Below, one piece after another: positions 1 through 6,774 of a stretch of 13,960 bases of DNA. Numbering within the stretch: the first letter of the stretch is position 1; each line of letters begins with the position of its first letter. Below the pieces are notes generated by a model. It ran no database searches. It was not told the DNA's origin and saw only the letters and a list, made by a program, of their open reading frames with translations. Both the position numbers and the translations under genes were made by a program. Source of the stretch: Planctomycetales bacterium. GTDB lineage: Bacteria > 4484-113. Location of the stretch: positions 23,638-37,597 of the forward strand of contig JBBIJQ010000015.1 of assembly GCA_037445915.1 (NCBI GenBank), in the 5' to 3' direction.

Positions 1-512
1 CCCCTCCCAAGCGAGACAAGTTCATCCCGGCTGGAAAGCGCCAAAAAACCGGCAATCACCGGCACCTTCCCCAGGCGGATATGCGGCAGGACGTTTTTGA
101 TGAAGCGGTTGGACGTCTTATGGGTGCGGACAGAGAAGTCGCGTTCCTCATTAGACTTGATTGGCGAGATTGGAGACTCGTCGTCCGAGTCGACTATGAT
201 GGGCCAACTTTCGCGGTTGCGAGGGTAGAAGACTGCGGTGCTTAGCTTCTGGGCCTTGAGCGCCGCGGACATTAGCAGGACGCTCTTTTCCTCGCCGATA
301 GAGGAGTAGTTAAGCGTCGTTTCCATATCAGAAGAGATGCTGGCACATTCTGCGATGTCTGCGAGCAGGCGGTTAGTTTCGTCGTTCATAGCGGAGACGA
401 CAACCGCAACTTGTTCGCCGCTTTCAATGAGCCCGGCGATAGCCCTGGCCGCGCGCGTGAAGTGCGCTGGGGTCGCCAGTGAAGTTCCTCCGTATTTTAT
501 GACGCGCCGCAT
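1..512 (-). CDS. lysC: Aspartate kinase (amino acid kinase domain), N-terminal part; runs off the window edge
   Basis: Not in the ORF track. Manual translation from ATG at 512 gives MRRVIKYGGTSLATPAHFTRAARAIAGLIESGEQVAVVVSAMNDETNRLL...SIGEEKSVLLMSAALK...GKVPVIAGFLALSSRDELVSLGRG. It contains the aspartokinase motifs K(F/Y)GGTS, VVVSAM, V(V/I)AGF and LGRG(GSD). Confidence 0.88.
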   Translation of the reverse strand, partial: MRRVIKYGGTSLATPAHFTRAARAIAGLIESGEQVAVVVSAMNDETNRLLADIAECASISSDMETTLNYSSIGEEKSVLLMSAALKAQKLSTAVFYPRNRESWPIIVDSDDESPISPIKSNEERDFSVRTHKTSNRFIKNVLPHIRLGKVPVIAGFLALSSRDELVSLGR

Positions 513-539
513 CTGAGACTGCGCTTTCGCGCAGAAGCA

Positions 540-548
540 ATTATAGCA
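540..548 (-). promoter_or_regulatory. Extended -10 promoter (TGCTATAAT) for the aspartate kinase
   Basis: The reverse complement of 540-548 is TGCTATAAT, a perfect TGn-TATAAT, 27 nt upstream of the ATG at 512. Confidence 0.6.
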
Positions 549-582
549 GCCGCTAGTTTCAACCCTTCTTAGCCGCCGTATA

Positions 583-591
583 TGGTAGAGT
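583..591 (+). promoter_or_regulatory. Extended -10 (TGGTAGAGT) for probably leaderless aroC
   Basis: TGn-TAGAGT is followed by 6 nt and then the ATG at 598; there is no Shine-Dalgarno. Confidence 0.5.
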
Positions 592-597
592 TACTGC

Positions 598-1809
598 ATG
601 CAGAGGGTGCGGCTGCTCACATCCGGCGAGTCTCATGGGCCTGCGCTGACGCTTATTCTCAGCGGACTGCCCGCTGGCGTTTGCCTTGACGAAACGTTTC
701 TCAAGGATGAGCTGGGAAGGCGGCGAAAGCTGCATGGCCGTTCAGCGAGAATGAAGCTGGAGAGTGATGCGTTCACGTGCGAAGGCGGCTTGCGTGCGGG
801 TGTAACCACCGGCAATCCCCTTTGCTTTCGCATACCTAACGCCGAGGCTTCCGAGTGGGAAGCCCTGCTTTGTCCATGGGGAGCGGCGGAAAGTGAGCGA
901 GTAGCTGTCCCGCGCCCTGGACATGCCGACCTTGCAGGCGCACTCAAGTTCGCTTCCTCAGGCGATGGCAAGCTTAAGCCTGCCGATATCCGCGACGTGA
1001 TGGAGCGCGCCAGCGCCCGGGAGACTGCGGCGCGCGTTTTGGCAGGGGCTGTCTGTAAGCTCTTGCTTGCGCAGGCAGGCGTGAGCATCACCGGCTTTGT
1101 CTACCGCATTGGAAAGTCCTCGTTGCCGAAGCGACAACTGCTTAAGCTCTTGAACTTAACTGCGCCTGGCGAAAACGCATTCAGGCGCGCAGAGGCTTCG
1201 CCGCTTCGCATTCCTGAATACAGCCTAGAGCAAGTTGCTAAGTCTGCATTAATCAGCGCGGCTGCACGCGGAACAACCCTCGGAGGCGGCTTTGCAGTGA
1301 TGGCGTTCGGCGTCATTCCGGGACTCGGAAGCTATGCCCAATGGGACGAGCGCCTTGACGGTAAGCTCGCTCAAGCCCTGATGAGCATCCCCGCGGTGAA
1401 AGCAGTCGGCATCGGCTGCGCGCAATGGCAGGCGGGTGCGGACGGCAGAGGATTTCACGATGAGATAGTGCGCATGGACGGCGCGCTCACCCATTCCGCG
1501 AACAACGCAGGCGGCATTACTGGCGGTATCAGCAATGGGATGCCGGTAGCCCTGACTGCAATCGTCAAGCCTATTCCCACTCAGATGCCGGGCCTGCGCT
1601 CGGTTGACCTGGAGACTGGCAAAGCGGCGCTAGCGCCATGGTCTCGCAGCGACGCTACTGCTGCGCCGGCGGCAGCGGTAGTCGCGGAAGCAATGCTCGC
1701 GCTCGTGCTTGCCGATGCTGCGCTAGCGGAACTCGGCGGCAGCCATCTTGCAGACTTCCTCACCCGCTGGGAGGAGCGGAAACAGCTGGCTTTTCGTCTT
1801 TTCCAGTAG
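598..1809 (+). CDS. aroC: Chorismate synthase
   Basis: Signature motifs: TSGESHG, G.TTGNP, PRPGHAD, ERASARETAARV, SIPAVKAV.IG, NNAGGI.GGISNG, KPIPT, RSD. Confidence 0.96.
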   Translation: MQRVRLLTSGESHGPALTLILSGLPAGVCLDETFLKDELGRRRKLHGRSARMKLESDAFTCEGGLRAGVTTGNPLCFRIPNAEASEWEALLCPWGAAESERVAVPRPGHADLAGALKFASSGDGKLKPADIRDVMERASARETAARVLAGAVCKLLLAQAGVSITGFVYRIGKSSLPKRQLLKLLNLTAPGENAFRRAEASPLRIPEYSLEQVAKSALISAAARGTTLGGGFAVMAFGVIPGLGSYAQWDERLDGKLAQALMSIPAVKAVGIGCAQWQAGADGRGFHDEIVRMDGALTHSANNAGGITGGISNGMPVALTAIVKPIPTQMPGLRSVDLETGKAALAPWSRSDATAAPAAAVVAEAMLALVLADAALAELGGSHLADFLTRWEERKQLAFRLFQ

Positions 1810-1812
1810 CCT

Positions 1813-2856
1813 GTGGGAGTGGAAAACACTTACAATCAGATCTCAGCCATGGTCACTAGTGCGAGCGTAAAACCTGCATTCCGCCTTGAGGAGCTTACAA
1901 AGTCCTTTTTCCCATTTTGGGGCTGGCAAAAGCGGCTGGCGGTTGAAGCTGTGCGCGGTCTTGACCTTGAGGTCCCAAGAGGCTGCATTTTCAGCTTGCT
2001 TGGCCCTAACGGCGCAGGCAAAACTACAACGATAAAGATGATTGCTGGCCTGATACTGCCCACCAAGGGCCGTGTTATCTTTTACGAGGAATCAGGCAGC
2101 CCAATGCGCGGCAGGCCGAGGCTGGGCGCAGTGCTTGAGGGGACGCGCAACCTTTACTGGCGGCTTTCGCCGATTGAAAACCTGCTTTACTTCGGCGAGC
2201 TGAAAGGGCTAACCCGCCGCCAAATATATGCCGAAGCGCGAGACTTGCTGGAAATGTTTGACCTCACCAGCAAGGCGAAAGCAAGCACGATGACGCTTTC
2301 GCGCGGGATGCAACAAAAAGTCGCAGTTGCGGTCGCTTTGCTTGGCAAGCCGGACATAATGCTCCTTGACGAGCCAACGCTGGGGCTTGATGTTGAAAGC
2401 TCGCGGCTGATTCAGAAGCGCTTGCGCGAACTGGTGGAGAAGGAAGGGCGCACCATTGTGCTTACAACGCATCAAATGGAGCTGGCGGCGCGCATCTCTG
2501 ACCGCGTGGGCATCATCTCCGCTGGCAAGCTAATTGCGGAAGACAGCCTAGCGAACCTGACGGCGTTCTTCCGCCGGCAGGAATATTGCCTTGAACTGGG
2601 GGCGGCTGAATGGGAAAAGATACGCCCTGAGATGGCTCGGTTCAAGTTCAGCGAAGCTACAGGAAGTCCTGAGGCTTGCATACGGGTGACCTTCCACCTG
2701 GAAGAAAAAGAAGCGTTTTTCGCGCTGGCGGAGAAGCTCGTAATTCTCAAGCCTGACTTCACCTCCTTCCAGCAAGGGAGTCCTTCTCTAGAGGATATAT
2801 TCCTTGAAATAACGAACCACTACCCGTCGGACAAGCAGGGGGAGGATGCGCGGTGA
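1813..2856 (+). CDS. ABC transporter ATP-binding protein (ABC-2/DrrA-like exporter); start uncertain (GTG 1813/1819 or ATG 1849)
   Basis: Walker A GPNGAGKTT, signature LSRGMQQ, Walker B/D-loop MLLDEPTLGLD, H-loop LTTH, and C-terminal PSLEDIFL typical of DrrA-like ATPases. Confidence 0.93.
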   Translation: MGVENTYNQISAMVTSASVKPAFRLEELTKSFFPFWGWQKRLAVEAVRGLDLEVPRGCIFSLLGPNGAGKTTTIKMIAGLILPTKGRVIFYEESGSPMRGRPRLGAVLEGTRNLYWRLSPIENLLYFGELKGLTRRQIYAEARDLLEMFDLTSKAKASTMTLSRGMQQKVAVAVALLGKPDIMLLDEPTLGLDVESSRLIQKRLRELVEKEGRTIVLTTHQMELAARISDRVGIISAGKLIAEDSLANLTAFFRRQEYCLELGAAEWEKIRPEMARFKFSEATGSPEACIRVTFHLEEKEAFFALAEKLVILKPDFTSFQQGSPSLEDIFLEITNHYPSDKQGEDAR

Positions 2857-3656
2857 TGGCGCTAAAGCTTTTCCGCGCCGAATTCCTGCGCAGCATCCTG
2901 CTCGCCCTGCGCTACCCCATAGAGTTCATCGTCGGGATGGGAGTCTTGTACTCGCTGTTCATGGGCTTGTTTCTCGGCGCGCGCACAATGGTACAGGACC
3001 CGAGCGCTTTGGGCGCATCGCTGGACGCGTTTGTTATCAGCTATGCAATGTGGTTCTTTGTTCTTTCCGCGATGGGCAAGTTGGCATTTTCCATCCAGGA
3101 CGAAGCGCAGGCTGGAGTGCTGGAACAGCTTTTCCTAAGTTACCCGAAGATGATAGTCCTGCTCATCGTCCGCTGTGTTGTGGACTTCTTTGCGAGCCTC
3201 GTCTTCGTCGCAGTGCTGCTCATCTTGATTATGTCCACGACCGGCCGCTGGCTGGTCTTGACACAACAGGAACTGGGGCAGGTGCTCCTGTTGCTTGTCC
3301 TTACAGTCGCTGGCATCTACGGCTTCGGGCTGATTTTCGCCGGGCTTGCGCTGGTCTTCAAGCGCTTAGGCCAGCTCAGCTCAATAACCCAATTCGCATT
3401 CTTTCTCATTGCTTACCTGCCGCTGGACAGCTTAGAACCGTGGCTCCGCGGGATACTCTACTGCCTGCCGCTTTCACTCGGCGTAAGGCTGATGAAATCA
3501 GTTGCAGTGCAGCATGAGAGCATTTGGTCTGCCACATCGCAAATGGAGCTGGTGGGCTTGGTGGTAAACTCTGCGATATACTTGCTCGTAGGCGCGCTCG
3601 TCTTCGCAATTTGCGAACGCAAGGCGAAGATGGACGGTCGCCTGGGCCAATACTAA
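2853..3656 (+). CDS. ABC-2 type exporter permease
   Basis: About 6 hydrophobic segments and an E.Q.GVLEQLFLS motif typical of ABC-2 permeases. The GTG start overlaps the ATPase stop (GTGA), with GGAGG at 2841-2845. Confidence 0.88.
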   Translation: MMALKLFRAEFLRSILLALRYPIEFIVGMGVLYSLFMGLFLGARTMVQDPSALGASLDAFVISYAMWFFVLSAMGKLAFSIQDEAQAGVLEQLFLSYPKMIVLLIVRCVVDFFASLVFVAVLLILIMSTTGRWLVLTQQELGQVLLLLVLTVAGIYGFGLIFAGLALVFKRLGQLSSITQFAFFLIAYLPLDSLEPWLRGILYCLPLSLGVRLMKSVAVQHESIWSATSQMELVGLVVNSAIYLLVGALVFAICERKAKMDGRLGQY

Positions 3657-3673
3657 CTGCGCGAGGGTTTCGC

Positions 3674-5257
3674 TTGCAGAAGTTTCTGGATTTTCTCGCT
3701 ATGCTCCCTGACACGCCAGGCGCGGAACACCAGGGAAAGCTCTTGACGCTGCTTGAACAAGTTCGCGGGATAGGGATAGCATTCTTTGATGACTTACTCG
3801 GCTGCAGGTACTCCGACGAAAAGTTCGCCGGGTTCGCCGGGTTGCCGGTTGAGAAGATGCTGGGGCTTCAGCTTCAGTCGCTGGTTCCGAGCGCAAGCTG
3901 CGACGACCTATCTTCGCCGGAAAACAGGGAGATGGTCCATCCCATTGCTTCAAGGCCCCTGCAGCAGTTATTCATAAGCCCTGCGACCTCAAGCGAGCTT
4001 GAGATGGAGCTAACGCCGATTTGGATCAACGATACGTTCTTTGGTGTAATCGCAGTTATTCAAGGTTCCCCCAGGCGCAGAAGCGCTCAGCAGGCCTTGC
4101 TGCGAGAGTTGCCGCTTTCAAAGCTGCTTGCCGAGATTGACGGCGAACAGCGATTGGAGAAGCTTTTTGGAGGCCGTATCGCCCCGTTCGTAGTACTGCT
4201 GGACGAAGAAGGGAGGCTTGAGTTTATCAGCGCCGCCGCCCGCCAGAAACTAGGTATCGGGGCTGAAGACCACGTGGCATATTTCATTTCGGACGACGCA
4301 AACTTCAATTCTCCCGAATTTGCTTCACTTGTAAAAGACGCATTGATCGGGCGCGAAGTGTATTTCCCGGTTTTTGAGTACGTAACTGATATTCATGGCG
4401 CGCTTGGATATGGCAACGGCATCAAGCTTAATGCGTCAGTGACGCTTTCACCTGTGGAAGAGCCTGCGGGCCGCACACGAACAGCAATGTTGTTCACCTT
4501 CCAGGGCAGCGAGACGCTTACGCAACCTGTCGCATTTATGCAGCGCTCGGAAAGCGTGGCGATGCTGGCCCGAGGCGTCGCCCACGAGTTCAACAACATC
4601 TTTGCCGCCATCAAAGGGATTACCTCGCTGCTGCACTCAGAAGTAGAAGTTGGAGGGTTCGCCGACGGTTACTTGGGCAAGATGGATGGGCTAGTTGACC
4701 GAGGAGTGAAGCTTATTACCAACCTCACAAGCTACGCCCGGAGCAGTGAAACGATACTGGAGAAGGTGGAAGCAGCCGAGTTCTTACGCAACTTTGCGGC
4801 GCTAGTGGACTTTATCGTGCCCAAGGAAGTGAAGTTTGAGTTTGCGCTTTCGGCTAAAGGCCGCTTGGAATGCGACCAGAACTCGCTTCGCCAAGGCCTT
4901 TTCAACCTAGTCCAGAACTCGCTTGACGCGCTTGCGGACATGCCGGACAAGCGCATCCGCATTGAAGCCGTGGAAGTTAACGCGTCAGAGCTGCCTGCGG
5001 GGATCTTTCATTTCAGCACGCCTACAATCTTATGCGTTACTATTGCGGATTCCGGGCCGGGGATACCCGCTGAGCTGGCGACCAGAATCTTTGAGCCGTA
5101 CTTCTCTTCCAAGGACCCGCAACGCTCCTCGGGCTTGGGGCTGAACGTGTCCCAGCAGATATTCCGCCGCCACGGGGGCGTTTTACTGGCTGATCGGGCA
5201 GGGCCGCTGGGCGGGGCGCAGTTCAAAGTGTATCTGCCGTTGCGCAAGCAACCATAA
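3674..5257 (+). CDS. Soluble sensor histidine kinase (PAS-like input, HisKA, HATPase_c); start probably TTG 3674 or ATG 3701 rather than 3524
   Basis: H-box ARGVAHEFNNIF, N-box NLVQNSLDA, G1 DSGPGI, F-box IFEPYFSSK, G2 GLGL. No obvious transmembrane segment. GAGGG at 3663-3667 precedes TTG 3674, and the longer ORF would overlap the permease by 133 bp. Confidence 0.88.
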   Translation: MQKFLDFLAMLPDTPGAEHQGKLLTLLEQVRGIGIAFFDDLLGCRYSDEKFAGFAGLPVEKMLGLQLQSLVPSASCDDLSSPENREMVHPIASRPLQQLFISPATSSELEMELTPIWINDTFFGVIAVIQGSPRRRSAQQALLRELPLSKLLAEIDGEQRLEKLFGGRIAPFVVLLDEEGRLEFISAAARQKLGIGAEDHVAYFISDDANFNSPEFASLVKDALIGREVYFPVFEYVTDIHGALGYGNGIKLNASVTLSPVEEPAGRTRTAMLFTFQGSETLTQPVAFMQRSESVAMLARGVAHEFNNIFAAIKGITSLLHSEVEVGGFADGYLGKMDGLVDRGVKLITNLTSYARSSETILEKVEAAEFLRNFAALVDFIVPKEVKFEFALSAKGRLECDQNSLRQGLFNLVQNSLDALADMPDKRIRIEAVEVNASELPAGIFHFSTPTILCVTIADSGPGIPAELATRIFEPYFSSKDPQRSSGLGLNVSQQIFRRHGGVLLADRAGPLGGAQFKVYLPLRKQP

Positions 5258-6125
5258 GCTTCCCTGCATGCCTTACGCGCAGTTCTTTGCTGGAAAACAA
5301 CGTCAGCTCGCCGTCAACTCCGACAGTAACGGGAACTTCCAAGCCCGCCAAGTCAAGCTGCTCCGCTCGGCAGTGTGAGATTCGCTTATCGCTAAGGTGC
5401 GTCCGCAAGTATAGCTTGGGCAGCTTCAAAAGCATCTCAGCCCGCGTGCAGCTTTTAAATACCATCACGTCCAGCTTCCCATCTGAGAGGTCTGCGTTCG
5501 GCGTGACCGGCAAACCGCCGCCGATGTTCTCTGAGTTCATTGCCACTAGCCACCATACCGGCCCATCTGCGATTGCCTTCCCATCGCAAGCAGCGCGCAT
5601 GTTTCTAAGCTTCAAGCGTGGCAGCGTCGCCAGGAAAGAAGCCATGTAGTTGCTGTGCAGCAGGCCGCGAGACTTCGCCATTGTTTCTAAGACCTGTGTA
5701 TCAAGGCCGATTCCTAGAGAATTCAAAAACCGCCTCTCTTCAACCTTCCAAACATCAATCTCTTGAATGTGAAAGCGCGGGAGGGCGCGCAGGTAGCCGC
5801 TGAATTTGCGCGGCATTCCCAATGCCCGCGCTAGGTCGTTGCCCCTGCCTGAGGGAAGCACTATGAGCGTTTGCGTGAGCAAGTCTAAACGCTGGGCAAT
5901 TTGGTTGGTTGTCCCATCTCCGCCGATTGACAGGATTAGCGGATACTCCTTTGCGGATTGCGCAATGAGGCCGTGCAAGCAACCAACCGACTCGGGAAGG
6001 ACTATTGATAAGCGGGCGAAGTATGGGCTTAAGCCTGCGCGAAACTGCTCAATGAATGGATGGCTGCCAGGCGAAAGGATTCCCAAACAGGCGCAGTCAC
6101 GAAAACCGCCCGCCAAATTTGCCAT
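5223..6125 (-). CDS. Diacylglycerol/lipid kinase family protein (DAGK/YegS/BmrU-like)
   Basis: GGDGTTN, LPSGRGNDLARALG, FLNSLGIGLD, N...IGGG...PNADLSDGKLDV and VDGE motifs. Confidence 0.9.
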   Translation of the reverse strand: MANLAGGFRDCACLGILSPGSHPFIEQFRAGLSPYFARLSIVLPESVGCLHGLIAQSAKEYPLILSIGGDGTTNQIAQRLDLLTQTLIVLPSGRGNDLARALGMPRKFSGYLRALPRFHIQEIDVWKVEERRFLNSLGIGLDTQVLETMAKSRGLLHSNYMASFLATLPRLKLRNMRAACDGKAIADGPVWWLVAMNSENIGGGLPVTPNADLSDGKLDVMVFKSCTRAEMLLKLPKLYLRTHLSDKRISHCRAEQLDLAGLEVPVTVGVDGELTLFSSKELRVRHAGKLMVACATADTL

Positions 6126-6126
6126 T

Positions 6127-6696
6127 TCAGTAGCGGTCTTGCGGAATAAGCAGGCGCATCTTGGTTTGCCCTACGCCGATTTGCCCCGCGCCCTTCAGCT
6201 CAACCTTGGTGCGCCCGTCTTCGGTCAGCATCCGCTTTGGCACATAAACGTAGGTGGGGATAGAAACTTCATTAGCGTTCATTTCCACGCGCACGTTGGG
6301 AGACTCATAAGTTTCAAGCGTGTTGGGATTCTGGACAATGATGTCCACGGATGCAGCCGTAGGCTTGCCGCCAGATTCCTTTGAGTTCGTATAGACCAAC
6401 AGGTCAAGGCGCAACACAAACGAATCCGCCCGCAGGGCTGAAACGTCCACCCCTTCAAAGAACCAAATCGCCGTGTATGACCGGCGCATCTTCAGCGGGT
6501 TGGCGGTTGAAAGCCACCAGGTTGAATAGCGCTCTTGGTAAGAGCCGTTGCACTCAAAGTAACGGGCGGAGTAGGTTGTCGCGAGGTCAAGCGGGTCGCT
6601 GGCTTCAATGGACTGGCTGAAACCTGGGGTTGCCGCGAACAGGACGAGTGAAACGGCTGCGAATAAAACGCGGAAACTTGAGAAAATCCCTTTCAT
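6127..6696 (-). CDS. Hypothetical secreted protein (189 aa); start reassigned to ATG 6696
   Basis: MKGIFSSFRVLFAAVSLVLFAATPGFS is a typical Sec signal peptide. TAGAAT lies 7 nt upstream of this ATG. The stop is 1 nt from the DAGK start. The longer track ORF would overlap the divergent lipoprotein gene. Confidence 0.7.
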   Translation of the reverse strand: MKGIFSSFRVLFAAVSLVLFAATPGFSQSIEASDPLDLATTYSARYFECNGSYQERYSTWWLSTANPLKMRRSYTAIWFFEGVDVSALRADSFVLRLDLLVYTNSKESGGKPTAASVDIIVQNPNTLETYESPNVRVEMNANEVSIPTYVYVPKRMLTEDGRTKVELKGAGQIGVGQTKMRLLIPQDRY

Positions 6697-6703
6697 ACGA
6701 CTA

Positions 6704-6709
6704 ATTCTA
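6704..6709 (-). promoter_or_regulatory. -10 box (TAGAAT) for the probably leaderless secreted protein/DAGK unit
   Basis: The minus strand reads TAGAAT-TAGTCGT-ATG, with no SD. Confidence 0.5.
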
Positions 6710-6742
6710 GCCCTGCGAACCCACCCCGTCAATGAGATGCGG

Positions 6743-6768
6743 TGGTATAATCTATACGATTTCGGGGG
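6743..6768 (+). promoter_or_regulatory. Extended -10 (TGGTATAAT) and RBS (GGGGG) of the large lipoprotein
   Basis: TGGTATAAT at 6743-6751; GGGGG at 6764-6768, 6 nt before ATG 6775. Confidence 0.65.
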
Positions 6769-6774
6769 TAACCT

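Noticed and set aside
3524-3673. N-terminal extension of the histidine kinase ORF
   Set aside because: It overlaps the permease in another frame, and a start with an RBS exists at 3674 (or ATG 3701).
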